From contig SICL01000005.1 of the NCBI GenBank assembly GCA_009691445.1, positions 2,446 through 66,445 on the forward strand: DNA of 64,000 nt, given 5' to 3'. This document shows positions 8,579 to 20,393 of this stretch, one piece after another (positions within the stretch are counted from its first letter, which is position 1; every line of letters begins with the position of its first letter). The position numbers were made by a program, and so were the translations under genes. The DNA is from Candidatus Taenariivivens baikalensis. Its GTDB lineage: Bacteria > Omnitrophota > Omnitrophia > Omnitrophales > Aquincolibacteriaceae. The notes below the pieces were generated by a model. The model saw only the letters and a program-made list of their open reading frames with translations, was not told where the DNA came from and searched no databases.

Positions 8579-10000
8579 ATGACTCCAACCTATTTACCGG
8601 ACCCGACTGAAGCGGAAGAAATATCTCTTGAGATGCCGAGAAGGCACAAAAAACATTTTCATGACGGGTTGCCCAAGGACACTGCCCTTGAACTCCCGAA
8701 TCCGTTTGACCTGAGCCATGAATTTCTCCGCTACTTTCAGGAGATTGAAGAAAAGGGGAATCATGTTTATGTTACGGGACGGGCGGGAACTGGGAAATCC
8801 ACATTCCTTAAATATTTCCGCCTGAACACCAAGAAAAAAATTGCGGTTGTCGCACCCACGGGCATTGCCGCCATTAATGTTTCGGGCCAGACCGTGCATT
8901 CTTTTTTCCGGCTTCCGCATCAATTCATCCAGAAGGATCAAATTAAGAAAGTTCCGGGCAGCCGCCGTATCTTTTCCGAGCTTGAGACGCTGATTATTGA
9001 TGAAGTCTCGATGATGCGTGCGGATTTGATGGACGCGGTGGATTACAGCCTGCGCCTCAACAAGGGAAAGATGAATCTGCCCTTCGGCGGCGTTCAAATT
9101 GTACTGATTGGAGATTTATTCCAGCTCCCTCCGATTATTGACAAGCTCTTGGCTCCGCACTACGGGGAGTTTTATGAAACACCGTATTTTTTCAGCGCCC
9201 ATATATTTAAGGAGGCCTCGTTTTCTCATCTCCATTTTGATAAAGTCTACCGTCAGAAGGATCCCATTTTTATGGATCTTTTGAATAAAATTCGGGATAA
9301 GACTTTCGAGCTGGAGGATCTTGCCGCCTTAAACGAGCGGGTGCTGCCGGCCTCGGAGATCGAGGACTGCGTGACATTGACGCCGACCAATGCGGCCGCT
9401 CAGACGATGAATGAGTCTCGGCTTTCTCGTCTTCGGGGATCCGAGCATTTTTATGAAGCCACCTTGACGGGTGCTTTTGACGCGGCGTCTTATCCCACGG
9501 AAACTTCCCTGCGTCTTAAAGTGGGTGCGCACGTACTGATGATCAAGAATGATCCGGAAAAAAGGTGGGTGAACGGGAGCACCGGGGAAGTTGTCTCTTT
9601 GGATGAACAGGCCATCCAGGTGAAGATTGGAGATCAGAAATACGATGTGGAGCCCGTGACCTGGGAAAAAATAAAATATAGTTTTGATGAGGAGACAGAA
9701 ACGATCCGTGAAGAAGTGGTTGGCAGTTTTGAGCAGTTCCCGATGAAACTGGCTTGGGCAATTACGATTCATAAAAGCCAGGGCCTGACCTTTGACCGTG
9801 TGGCAGTGGATCTAGGGCGAGGCGCGTTTACGCACGGCCAGGTTTATGTCGCGCTGAGCCGCTGCCGGTCGCTCGAAGGACTTATTTTAAAACGGCCGAT
9901 CCTGGCGCGGGATGTCATTTTCGATTCACGGATCAGTGATTGGCCGCTAAATGAAAAAAAAGAATCCCTCATCCTAAGGGCAGCGGAGGATCTATTCTGA
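8579..10000 (+). CDS. PIF1/RecD-family ATP-dependent DNA helicase.
   Basis: Walker A GRAGTGKST, motif II LIIDEVSM, C-terminal ITIHKSQGLTFDRVAVDL...QVYVALSRCRSLEGLIL, typical of Pif1/RecD/TraA SF1B helicases. Confidence 0.75.
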   Translation: MTPTYLPDPTEAEEISLEMPRRHKKHFHDGLPKDTALELPNPFDLSHEFLRYFQEIEEKGNHVYVTGRAGTGKSTFLKYFRLNTKKKIAVVAPTGIAAINVSGQTVHSFFRLPHQFIQKDQIKKVPGSRRIFSELETLIIDEVSMMRADLMDAVDYSLRLNKGKMNLPFGGVQIVLIGDLFQLPPIIDKLLAPHYGEFYETPYFFSAHIFKEASFSHLHFDKVYRQKDPIFMDLLNKIRDKTFELEDLAALNERVLPASEIEDCVTLTPTNAAAQTMNESRLSRLRGSEHFYEATLTGAFDAASYPTETSLRLKVGAHVLMIKNDPEKRWVNGSTGEVVSLDEQAIQVKIGDQKYDVEPVTWEKIKYSFDEETETIREEVVGSFEQFPMKLAWAITIHKSQGLTFDRVAVDLGRGAFTHGQVYVALSRCRSLEGLILKRPILARDVIFDSRISDWPLNEKKESLILRAAEDLF

Positions 10001-10068
10001 GATCATTCCCTTTGTCCAGGATGACCAGACTAGAAGTGGTTTCATAAGGCGTCACAACTCTATTATTT

Positions 10069-10150
10069 GTCATTGCGAGCAAAGCGAAGCAATCTCGGGT
10101 TACGCGCAGGGATTGCCGTATCTCCGCCAGGGCGAGGGACTCGCAATGAC
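10069..10150. repeat. Family-1 palindromic intergenic repeat unit (GTCATTGCGAG...CTCGCAATGAC).
   Basis: Termini are inverted repeats of each other. Internal modules CGAAGCAATCTCGGGTT / GGGATTGCCG / CTCCGCC are shared with at least 8 other loci in the window. Confidence 0.8.
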
Positions 10151-10200
10151 CGAAAAGGGCTTAAAAAACCGCTTCTAATGACAATTAAGATTGGAACTCT

Positions 10201-10974
10201 ATGAAAATAAAAAATGATTTGGTAGCGCTGGATATTGAAACCACAGGCGTTTGGGTGGAAAAAGATAAAATTATTGAATTAGCACTGATTAAATACCACC
10301 CCAACGGCGAGAAAGAGACCTTCCATAGAAGGATTAATCCCGGGATGCTGATTCCTGAGGTGGTGACGAAATTAACGGGAATTTCAGATCAAGATGTGAA
10401 AGACGCACCTTACTTTAAAGAGGTGACGCGGGGCATCCTTGATTTTATTGGTGATGCGGATCTGGCCGGATTTAATATTGAGCGTTTTGATCTCCCTTTG
10501 CTCGAACGAGAGTTTGCGGAGGCCGGGATTCATTTTGAATGGAAAGAGCGGAGGATTTACGACGCACAAAAAGTTTATCATCTGAATGAAAAAAGAGATT
10601 TAGCCGCTGCTTATCAATTCTACTGTCAGAAGGAACTTATCGGTGCGCATTCAGCTTTGGCGGACAGTGAAGCGGTTTATGAGATCCTGAAAAAGCAGAT
10701 CGTGAAATACGGAGAGGGAAGTGATGAGCTTTCGGTGCTGGAAAAATTTGAGTATGTGAACCACACGGATTTTTGTGATTCAGAGAAACGGTTTTGCTGG
10801 TGGAACGGCAAGGTGTATCCCGCGTTTGGCAAATACCGCCGGCAGCTTCCTCTTGATGAAATTGCAAAACGGGACGCGGGCTATCTCAAATGGCTTTTGA
10901 AATCCGACTTTAAGGATGATGCGAAGGAATTACTTCAAGCTGCTTTGGACGGAGAACTCCCTGCTCGGAAATAG
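10201..10974 (+). CDS. DEDDh 3-prime-5-prime exonuclease (DnaQ / DNA pol III epsilon-like) with a C-terminal extension.
   Basis: Exo I VALDIETTG, Exo II GFNIERFDLPLL, Exo III HSALADSEAVYEIL. About 90 additional C-terminal residues of unknown function. Confidence 0.75.
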   Translation: MKIKNDLVALDIETTGVWVEKDKIIELALIKYHPNGEKETFHRRINPGMLIPEVVTKLTGISDQDVKDAPYFKEVTRGILDFIGDADLAGFNIERFDLPLLEREFAEAGIHFEWKERRIYDAQKVYHLNEKRDLAAAYQFYCQKELIGAHSALADSEAVYEILKKQIVKYGEGSDELSVLEKFEYVNHTDFCDSEKRFCWWNGKVYPAFGKYRRQLPLDEIAKRDAGYLKWLLKSDFKDDAKELLQAALDGELPARK

Positions 10975-11023
10975 CTGATAAAGCACTTGATCCGTACCCG
11001 AATAATTCAAGGAAAATATTACC

Positions 11024-11278
11024 ATGTCGGACATCACTAAACCTATGATTAAGAAAAAAGAATTCGGTGTGCAGCCGCTTGATGAATGGATGACGCGCTT
11101 TGCGCTTTCCAATCATGACTTGGTGGGGGCTTCTACAGAACAGCTCACTCATAAAATGGTGAGTAAAGGGAGAAAAGGAAGGCGCCTGACATTGAATGCC
11201 CGCCACAAAATCTTAGCGGCGCTTAAAGTGTTAAAGCCAGATCAGCCCGTTACTCTCAAAGAATTATTTAACTATTAA
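11024..11278 (+). CDS. Hypothetical small protein.
   Basis: 84-aa ORF with a plausible start and no recognisable motif. Confidence 0.3.
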   Translation: MSDITKPMIKKKEFGVQPLDEWMTRFALSNHDLVGASTEQLTHKMVSKGRKGRRLTLNARHKILAALKVLKPDQPVTLKELFNY

Positions 11279-11301
11279 CGTGAGTTTCTCAAATATTGAC
11301 C

Positions 11302-11422
11302 GTCATTGCGGGTCCCGCGCATTGGCGGAGACGCCCCAATCTCCCAGTGAATAACCCGAGATTGCTTCCCCCTCTATCAATGAGTGCGAATGAGGGATTG
11401 CTTCACCGCGGTTCGCAATGAC
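11302..11422. repeat. Family-1 palindromic repeat unit.
   Basis: GTCATTGCGG...GTTCGCAATGAC with internal GGCGGAGACGC / CCGAGATTGCTTC modules. Confidence 0.75.
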
Positions 11423-11503
11423 GACAAAAGGTGGCGAGTTTTCTTCGCTGAGGCTTGTAAAAAAGGTTCTGTTCTGAGTTGTTAGTGACTGACTTAATGT
11501 GAA

Positions 11504-12118
11504 ATGATGAAAATAAGAACGGTTAGTTTATTTTTTTTACTGACAACTTTGATGTTGATGCAATCGGGTGAGATAAAAGCGATGAACGAATCTTATCAAA
11601 AAGCAACCTTTGCGGGTGGATGTTTCTGGGGGATGGAAAAATATTTTTCCCAATTGGGAGGCATTGTGGGGACACGAGTCGGTTACACGGGTGGGACGGT
11701 AAAAAATCCAAGCTATGAACAGGTTTGTCGGGGAACTACGGGCCATGCCGAGGCCCTGGAAGTGACGTTTAATCCACGGAAGATTCGTTACGAGGATCTG
11801 CTCGAGTTTTTCTTCCGCCATCATGACCCTACGACGTTGGATCGCCAGGGGCCGGACATGGGTACCCAATACCGCTCTGCTATTTTCACGTACTCTTCGG
11901 AGCAGGCAGCGCTGGCTGAAAAGGCCAAGAGCGCTTTGGACGCAGCGGGTATTTTTAAACATCCGATTGTGACGGAGATTCGTCCTGCCTCTGAATTTTA
12001 TTCTGCGGAAGAATATCACCAGAAATATCTTGAGAAAAATCCTCACGGCTACTGCTCTCTTCAGGTTCAGTCTAAGCGGATTGGCGAAATTCTTCACGGG
12101 TTGTGGGGCAAACCGTGA
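11504..12118 (+). CDS. msrA: Peptide-methionine (S)-S-oxide reductase MsrA with a signal peptide.
   Basis: ATFAGGCFWGMEKYF active-site motif and GYTGG...HAEALEV... are canonical MsrA. An N-terminal hydrophobic leader is present. Confidence 0.9.
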   Translation: MMKIRTVSLFFLLTTLMLMQSGEIKAMNESYQKATFAGGCFWGMEKYFSQLGGIVGTRVGYTGGTVKNPSYEQVCRGTTGHAEALEVTFNPRKIRYEDLLEFFFRHHDPTTLDRQGPDMGTQYRSAIFTYSSEQAALAEKAKSALDAAGIFKHPIVTEIRPASEFYSAEEYHQKYLEKNPHGYCSLQVQSKRIGEILHGLWGKP

Positions 12119-12882
12119 TGGGTCAAAAGCGTTCAACAGCTTTGGAAATCAAAGTCCGGGTGATCATCAGTTCCCTTGCGGTTGCGGCGATGGGGGTTGC
12201 GATTCTTCTGGCGGTGCTGTTTTCGGTGCCCTTTCCTTTGGTCCGGAAAGTATGGATTGAAGAGATGTGGGGTTACTACGGGCTCATGAACAGCATTTGT
12301 TTTTTCCTGATTGCCCGAGGGATGTGGCGGATGCATGCAAGCGCTCCTTTTGCCGGACTGGGTATTTTAATTCACGAGCAAATTCTCACCTGGCGTGGTT
12401 TTTCATATCTTCAAGCTCATTTGATGCTGAACTCCCAATCCGTTTTATTTGTGGGGTTGTCCTTTTTGATCACCGGAGGGCTTGGTTTCATTTTTATCCG
12501 GGCAATCTGCCACATTTTTGCTTACCGGCAATTTAAACATGGGCATGACAAATCCCACACAACGGGATCTCCCTCCCGTGATTTTGGCGGTGTGATTTTT
12601 TTTAGCGCCTTGCTCGTTCTCTCTTGGGTTGCGCATGATTCGGTGGGATCCATTATGCATTTTAAGGTAAACGTGGCATATTCGTGTCTTCGTATTTTGG
12701 GCGGGTTCCTTTTTTTTGCAACATTCCTGGCTATCGGTTATGAAGTGGATCTGTTCTTCAAACAGGGAAGATGGAATTCAGCCGCAACCCTTCGCCTCGT
12801 CGGATATGGATTAATGCTCGTTGTGGTTCAGTTTTTTATTTATAGTCACATGCCGATTGAGGCAGTGATTCTTACGTTTTAA
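12103..12882 (+). CDS. Hypothetical polytopic membrane protein.
   Basis: Several predicted TM helices. Overlaps the msrA stop by 16 nt. No recognisable motif. Confidence 0.4.
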   Translation: MGQTVMGQKRSTALEIKVRVIISSLAVAAMGVAILLAVLFSVPFPLVRKVWIEEMWGYYGLMNSICFFLIARGMWRMHASAPFAGLGILIHEQILTWRGFSYLQAHLMLNSQSVLFVGLSFLITGGLGFIFIRAICHIFAYRQFKHGHDKSHTTGSPSRDFGGVIFFSALLVLSWVAHDSVGSIMHFKVNVAYSCLRILGGFLFFATFLAIGYEVDLFFKQGRWNSAATLRLVGYGLMLVVVQFFIYSHMPIEAVILTF

Positions 12883-12904
12883 TTGAAAGAAGGAAGACAT
12901 TTCA

Positions 12905-13318
12905 GTGGTTTCATTTCCGCTCTCTCCTCAAAAACAAAGTGCGCTTGAAAAAGCCATGGAACGCTTAGGCGTCCGGGAATCTGATCTGGAAGAAAGTTTT
13001 GTGCGCTCGGGAGGCCCGGGCGGACAAAACGTGAACAAAGTTTCAACGTGTGTGGTCTTAAAACATCGGCCCACCGGGCTTATGGTCAAATGCCAAAAAG
13101 ACCGTTCCCAGGTTATGAATCGGTATTATGCGAGGCAGATGCTGGTTCAAAAGTTTGATGCCCAGCTGCGCGGCCGCGAGAGCGATGAGGCAAAGAGGAT
13201 TTCGAAAATCAGGCGTCAAAAACGCAAGCGGTCCAAACGTGCCAAAGATAAGATGCTCCAAGGCAAGGCGTATCGGGGCGAAAAAAAACAGCTTCGGGGA
13301 AAAATTTTCCCTGAATAA
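12905..13318 (+). CDS. arfB: Alternative ribosome-rescue factor ArfB (peptidyl-tRNA hydrolase, GGQ domain).
   Basis: [17 protein letters not shown] motif plus a basic C-terminal tail ([16 protein letters not shown]), as in ArfB/YaeJ. Confidence 0.8.
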   Translation: MVSFPLSPQKQSALEKAMERLGVRESDLEESFVRSGGPGGQNVNKVSTCVVLKHRPTGLMVKCQKDRSQVMNRYYARQMLVQKFDAQLRGRESDEAKRISKIRRQKRKRSKRAKDKMLQGKAYRGEKKQLRGKIFPE

Positions 13319-13395
13319 ACCTGCTCGGAGTGGTAGAATGCCCCCAATGCATTCCTGTTCTCCCTCCAAGATTTAAAAAACAAGAAAGGATCGTC

Positions 13396-13677
13396 ATGGC
13401 AAAGGCAAAAGCGCGTCATATCCTCGTGAAGGATGAGAAAGCCTGTATTAATTTGAAGCAGCAGATCGAAACCGGTTCTGATTTTTCGGAACTTGCCAAG
13501 AAGCATTCGCTTTGTCCGTCCGGGCAAAAGGGCGGGGACTTAGGCGAATTCTTCCGCGGTCAAATGGTCAAAGAGTTTGACGACATTGTTTTCTCCCAGG
13601 AAGTAGGGAAGACGCACGGCCCGGTCAAAACGCAGTTTGGTTACCATTTGATTTTGATCGACAGCCGCAAAGATTAA
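13396..13677 (+). CDS. Parvulin-type peptidyl-prolyl cis-trans isomerase (PpiC-like).
   Basis: [14 protein letters not shown]...[34 protein letters not shown]...[23 protein letters not shown] lies 6 nt upstream of the ATG at 13396. The ORF-track start at 13330 is rejected. Confidence 0.75.
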   Translation: MAKAKARHILVKDEKACINLKQQIETGSDFSELAKKHSLCPSGQKGGDLGEFFRGQMVKEFDDIVFSQEVGKTHGPVKTQFGYHLILIDSRKD

Positions 13678-13680
13678 ATG

Positions 13681-13803
13681 ACCAAGAAACAAGATACAAG
13701 AAACAAAGAATGACCAAGTGTTCAAGAGACAAGAAACAAACGTTTGGAGTTTGTTCTTTGCCTTTTGATCATTTGTTTGGACACTTGTTTCTTGTATCTT
13801 GGT
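13681..13803. repeat. Family-2 palindromic intergenic repeat (ACCAAGAAACAAG...CTTGTTTCTTGGT).
   Basis: Left half ACCAAGAAACAAGATACAAGAAACAAAG. Right half TTTGTTTGGACACTTGTTTCTTGTATCTTGGT. Three more copies at 44554, 49908 and 50979. Confidence 0.75.
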
Positions 13804-13813
13804 AATTTGATTT

Positions 13814-14386
13814 ATGATTTTGGCTTTTAACAAACCGTACGGAGTGCTCTCCCAGTTTAATCCTCAAGTGGCGGGACAGCGGACGCTGGACGAATTTAAA
13901 TTTCCAAAAAATGTTTATCCCATCGGCCGGCTGGATATGGACAGTGAAGGGCTTTTGCTTTTGAGTGATGAAGGCCAGTGGAGCGATCTGCTTCTTCATC
14001 CGCGTCATGGCCATGAGAGAACTTATCATGTCCAGGTGGAGGGGGAAATCGAAGAAGCCGCGCTTATCGAACTCAGAAAAGGCGTGGCCATTCAGGACTG
14101 GAAAACAAGACCGTGTCAGGTCAGCCGCCTTTCCAGCGTGAATTATTCGGAGCGAAATCCGCCGATCCGGTTTCGTAAGTCTATTCCGACAAGCTGGATG
14201 GAACTGAAATTAATCGAAGGCAAGAACCGTCAGGTGAGACGCATGACGGCGGCTGTGGGATTCCCGACTCTGCGCTTGATTCGTGTGGCCTCCGGTAGTT
14301 TGAAGCTGGGAGACCTTGAGCCGGGAACATGGTGTGCTTTAAGTACAGAGCAAATCCGCATGTTGCTTCAAAAACCCAGAAAGTAA
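13814..14386 (+). CDS. rluE: 23S rRNA pseudouridine synthase RluE (RsuA family).
   Basis: ILAFNKPYGVLSQF, catalytic GRLDMDSEGLLLL, C-terminal NPPIRFRKSIPTSWMELKLIEGKNRQVRRMTAAVGFPTLRLIRV matches E. coli RluE closely. Confidence 0.8.
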   Translation: MILAFNKPYGVLSQFNPQVAGQRTLDEFKFPKNVYPIGRLDMDSEGLLLLSDEGQWSDLLLHPRHGHERTYHVQVEGEIEEAALIELRKGVAIQDWKTRPCQVSRLSSVNYSERNPPIRFRKSIPTSWMELKLIEGKNRQVRRMTAAVGFPTLRLIRVASGSLKLGDLEPGTWCALSTEQIRMLLQKPRK

Positions 14387-14400
14387 ACGACCAATTATTT

Positions 14401-15429
14401 ATGAGAAATTTTGACAGCCGCGATAATCACCGTCACTCCAATCATCGTCCTGATCCTCGGCGTTCGGGCTACTCGAACCGTCCCAATTCTCAAAGACCTC
14501 CGTACGGCAGAGGATCTTCACGCCCTCCTCACGGATCCTCTCATCACGCGGGTTCACGGAATATCGATGAAACGGAATCCCGTTTTTATGAAGGGACTGT
14601 GATTGATCCTTCCCCGCGTATTCGCCTTGAGGATGGTTCCAGTGAACTTACGATGCGCGCCATGGATCTGATTTGTCCGATCGGGATGGGACAGAGAGGA
14701 CTGATTGTGGCGCCTCCGGGTTCGGGCAAGACCACATTCCTCAAACATATTTGTCAGGCCGTGGCTAAGAGTCACCCGGAAATGAAACTCTACTGTTTGC
14801 TCATTGATGAAAGACCGGAGGAAGTAACCGATTTCAAGCGCAGTGTGACCGCGGAAGTGCGCGCGTCCTCGTCCGATCAAACTTATGAGCATCATATTCA
14901 GACCGCCAATGATTTGATGCGCCAGGCCTTTCGCGAAGTTTCAGCCGGAGCCAATGTGATGGTGGTAATTGATTCCCTGACGCGTCTTTCCCGGGTTCAT
15001 AATGCGGACCGCTCCAGCGGAAGAACGATGTCTGGCGGCGTCGATGCACGTGCGCTTGAAGTGCCGCGCCGTATTTTCGGGTCAGCACGTAAGATTGAAA
15101 ACGGCGGATCACTTTCAATCCTTGCCACTATTCTCGTTGAGACGGGCAGCCGGATGGATGATGTGATCTTTGAAGAATTTAAAGGAACGGGTAATATGGA
15201 AATTTATTTGTCTCGAGAAATTTCAAGCCGCCGCATTTTTCCGGCCATTGATATTTCAAAAAGCGGGACGCGTAAAGAAGCCCTTCTTTTTGAACCTAAA
15301 GAATACCAACAGGTAAGTGTCTTGCGGCGTGCTCTTGCGGAGTGCGGCAAGGTGGAGGCGGTTACGGCTTTGATTGCCCAGCTTGAAAAGCATCCCACCA
15401 ATCAGGAGCTCCTCGCGGGTTTTGATTAG
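14401..15429 (+). CDS. rho: Transcription termination factor Rho homologue. It lacks the canonical N-terminal RNA-binding domain and has an R/S/P/H-rich 60-aa N-terminus instead.
   Basis: The C-terminal 280 aa align with Rho: [26 protein letters not shown] (P-loop), [82 protein letters not shown]. The start is fixed at 14401 because rluE occupies the upstream sequence. Confidence 0.8.
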   Translation: MRNFDSRDNHRHSNHRPDPRRSGYSNRPNSQRPPYGRGSSRPPHGSSHHAGSRNIDETESRFYEGTVIDPSPRIRLEDGSSELTMRAMDLICPIGMGQRGLIVAPPGSGKTTFLKHICQAVAKSHPEMKLYCLLIDERPEEVTDFKRSVTAEVRASSSDQTYEHHIQTANDLMRQAFREVSAGANVMVVIDSLTRLSRVHNADRSSGRTMSGGVDARALEVPRRIFGSARKIENGGSLSILATILVETGSRMDDVIFEEFKGTGNMEIYLSREISSRRIFPAIDISKSGTRKEALLFEPKEYQQVSVLRRALAECGKVEAVTALIAQLEKHPTNQELLAGFD

Positions 15430-15481
15430 CTTGTAAGCGCCTAGAAAAGAGGGCACAGGCAACCTATCCGGTTGTAAACCT

Positions 15482-15555
15482 GTCATTGCGAGTCATTCGC
15501 TTGTCATTCTGAGCGAAGCGAAGAATCTCAGGATAAACTCCGCGAAGCAATCTCT
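15482..15555. repeat. Family-1 repeat, degenerate copy.
   Basis: GTCATTGCGAGTCATTCGCTTGTCATTCTGAGCGAAGCGAAGAATCTCAGGATAAACTCCGCGAAGCAATCTC. The CTCAGGATAAACTCCGCGA module recurs at 46950. Confidence 0.7.
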
Positions 15556-15564
15556 GTCTCTTTT

Positions 15565-16821
15565 TTATTCCCGCTCAAGCGTTTCCCGATTAAACCGCAA
15601 GCGACGTAATTCAGGCGCAAGTAAAGTCGTCAAAGCCACAATACCGAGCGTTACGACTCCGCCTGCGGCGACGCAGGGAACTGTCCCGATCCAGGCCGCC
15701 ACCATCCCGCTTTCAAAGGTGCCGAGTTCATTGGAAGCGCAGATAAAGATCCAGCTCGCCGCCGCAATTCTTCCGCGTAAGTCATCGGGTGAGAGAAGCC
15801 GGACCATCGAGCGGCGGATAATCATGCTGACTCCGTCAAAAACTCCGCTAAAAAATAAAGCCGTTATTGAGAGCCAGAAATTTTTTGAAAAGGCAAACAG
15901 GAGAAAGCTGATTCCAAATCCAAACACAGTTAGAAGCAGATTGCGGCCGGCCTTGGCAATCGGAGGATGACGCGTGGCAGTGAGGGAGATGATCAGAGCA
16001 CCGAGCGAGGGTGCTGCGTTCAGCAGTCCCAGGCCTTTAGCGCCGACGTGAAGAATATCTTCTGCGTAAATGGGCAGGAGCGCGATGGCGCCTCCAAAAA
16101 GGACGGCAAATAAGTCGAGACTCAAAGCGGCCAGAAGCGGCTGGTTTTTGAAAACAAATTTCCATCCCGCGACAATGCTTTTCATCAGGGGCTCTTTTTT
16201 TTGGGGATGGGTTTGGGGTTTGGGGGTGATCAAAGCGGTGCAGATCCAGGCAAGTACAAAACAGGCGCTGATAAAAATATAGGAATTCGCCGCTCCCCAC
16301 GCATCAAAAATAAAACCGATGAGGGCCGGGCCCAGGACTGAACAGCTGATCCAGGTACTGCTGATCCACGAGGCACCGCTGACGGTCAAAGGTTTCGGGA
16401 TCACCTGGGCTTCAAACGCAGTGCTGGCAGGATCCGCAAATCCACGGGCAACTCCAGCGAGGAAAACCACGGCATAAAGTCCGAGGAGTGAGCTTTGATG
16501 AGTTTGCCAGGAGAGACAGGCCAAGGCAATGCCGCAAACACACGAGGCAGCGCGAGTGATCAAAAGAATTTTTCGGCGGTTGTAATGATCGGCGACGTAA
16601 CCGCCGAATAAAACGAGTGAAATCGCAGGAATGGCTTCTACCAATCCCAGCCAGCCGATCATCATAGGGTTGTGCGTGATTTTGTAGACCTGAAAACCAA
16701 TCACGACATTGAGCGCGCGGCTTGCAAGCGAAAAAAAACCCACCGACCCAATAAAAAAACGGACATCTGGTATTTTTAGAGCTTCGTGAAAAGGTCGTTT
16801 TCCCGGCGGAAGTGTTTCCAT
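15565..16821 (-). CDS. MFS transporter.
   Basis: 418 aa, roughly 12 TM helices, with an MFS-like loop motif between TM2 and TM3 (GGYVADHYNRRK). Confidence 0.7.
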   Translation of the reverse strand: METLPPGKRPFHEALKIPDVRFFIGSVGFFSLASRALNVVIGFQVYKITHNPMMIGWLGLVEAIPAISLVLFGGYVADHYNRRKILLITRAASCVCGIALACLSWQTHQSSLLGLYAVVFLAGVARGFADPASTAFEAQVIPKPLTVSGASWISSTWISCSVLGPALIGFIFDAWGAANSYIFISACFVLAWICTALITPKPQTHPQKKEPLMKSIVAGWKFVFKNQPLLAALSLDLFAVLFGGAIALLPIYAEDILHVGAKGLGLLNAAPSLGALIISLTATRHPPIAKAGRNLLLTVFGFGISFLLFAFSKNFWLSITALFFSGVFDGVSMIIRRSMVRLLSPDDLRGRIAAASWIFICASNELGTFESGMVAAWIGTVPCVAAGGVVTLGIVALTTLLAPELRRLRFNRETLERE

Positions 16822-16851
16822 AAGCGGCTTATCTGCTTTCTGGTGCCGTAA

Positions 16852-17178
16852 TCATGACTGTTCCGGCTTCGAGAGATCCAGAGGCGCGGTTTTTGTTGCT
16901 ACTGGTTCCTCGGTGGATTCTGAACTTTTATCCGCGGATGATTCTTCGGGAATAGCGACCGGGGAGCTTGCCTTGGTTTCTGTTCCGGTCACATAGGTCC
17001 CCGGGAAGAAGACGTCGTCGGTATCAGTCTTTTTCCCAGTTACCACGAGGGGAGTCGTGCAGTGCTTAACGCTGTTGTCCCAGGCTTGTCCATCCGGGCA
17101 AGGATGGTCATTCGCCCAGGCTTGTCCCGGCAATCCTATTGCCGTGAGGACTAAAAATACTGCCATGATTTTTTTCAC
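16852..17178 (-). CDS. Small secreted protein. It is adjacent to the copper ATPase and may bind metal.
   Basis: Signal peptide MKKIMAVFLVLTAIGLPGQAWA. Mature part has HPCPDGQAWDNSVKHC and an acidic S/T/E-rich tail. Confidence 0.4.
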   Translation of the reverse strand: MKKIMAVFLVLTAIGLPGQAWANDHPCPDGQAWDNSVKHCTTPLVVTGKKTDTDDVFFPGTYVTGTETKASSPVAIPEESSADKSSESTEEPVATKTAPLDLSKPEQS

Positions 17179-17261
17179 AAGGCCCTCCTGATTGAGTTTT
17201 ATTCACTCGGAAGTTCGAATTATAATCCCATCAACTGCTTTCTGCTACGTGAGATTACCGT

Positions 17262-19550
<2,289 letters not shown>

Positions 19551-19586
19551 ATCGATTAATCCGCGTTATGTTATAATCCGTGTCCT

Positions 19587-19805
19587 ATGGAAACCCGAGC
19601 ACGAAGTTTTGCCAAAGCATTAAGCTGGCGTTTTCTGGCTACTTTTATTACTGCATTCATTGTCTGGGGTTTGACGGGTGAAGCCAAGTTCGGGCTGACG
19701 GTCGGGCTCATTGATACCAGCGTCAAACTTTTCATCTACTTTATTCACGAACGGGTTTGGCTGCGTATTTCCTTTGGAAAAAAGAAACAGGATTTCGAGA
19801 TTTAA
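19587..19805 (+). CDS. DUF2061-family small membrane protein.
   Basis: RSFAKALSWRFLATFITAFIVWGLTGE...IYFIHERVWLRI matches the DUF2061 consensus. Confidence 0.55.
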   Translation: METRARSFAKALSWRFLATFITAFIVWGLTGEAKFGLTVGLIDTSVKLFIYFIHERVWLRISFGKKKQDFEI

Positions 19806-19826
19806 GAAGTCTGGGAAGGCTGCGAC

Positions 19827-20312
19827 TTGCTTGAAATTTATGTCGACGCAGATGCGTGTCCGGTGAAACAGGAAGTGATTCGAGTCGCGAAGCGGCATTT
19901 CTTGAACGTGACGTTTGTTTCGAATTCACCGATGCGAATTCCAGATTCGGAAGGAACGAAGCAGGTGGTGGTGGAAAGCCGTCAGCTGGATGCGGTGGAT
20001 GACTGGATTGCGGAGCATGTTTCCAAGGATGATATTGTGATTACCGCCGATATTCCATTGGCTTATCGCGGTGTCAAGGCGGGCGCTCAGGCGCTGAGTC
20101 CTTCCGGGGAAATTTTCACCGAAGATAATATTGGCCAGCTTCTGGCAGTGCGGGATCTTATGTCTTCCCTCCGTGACACAGGCACCGTAATGGGAGGCGG
20201 CCCTCCACCGTTTCAAAAACAAGATCGTTCCCGATTCCTTCACAGTCTTGACCAAATCATTCAGAATCTCAAAAGGCGTCAGCTCCTTAAGCCGGGAGAC
20301 AGTGGGCAGTAA
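19827..20312 (+). CDS. YaiI/YqgE (UPF0178, DUF188) family protein.
   Basis: N-terminal MLEIYVDADACPVKQEVIRVAKRH is the UPF0178 signature. Confidence 0.7.
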   Translation: MLEIYVDADACPVKQEVIRVAKRHFLNVTFVSNSPMRIPDSEGTKQVVVESRQLDAVDDWIAEHVSKDDIVITADIPLAYRGVKAGAQALSPSGEIFTEDNIGQLLAVRDLMSSLRDTGTVMGGGPPPFQKQDRSRFLHSLDQIIQNLKRRQLLKPGDSGQ

Positions 20313-20393
20313 AAGGAGTAAGCACAGAAGCGTTGAGACTAGCAGGTTATTTTTAATCTAGATAAAGTTGGGATTGACCGCTATCATATTCGC

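Noticed and set aside
11537-12136. Long antisense ORFs: 11537..12136(-), 49098..49931(-), 50058..50660(-), 40191..40610(-), 5552..5989(-), 23130..23618(-) and 36723..37148(-).
   Set aside because: Each is fully embedded opposite a gene with strong family motifs (msrA, livJ, livH, cstA, ABM/CPXCG, fadJ, AbiEi). Their translations are basic and low-complexity with no motifs, which is typical of shadow ORFs.
13330-13395. Upstream extension ([22 protein letters not shown]) of the parvulin ORF.
   Set aside because: An RBS (AAAGGA) lies immediately before the internal ATG at 13396 and the extension has no homology. The shorter start is preferred.
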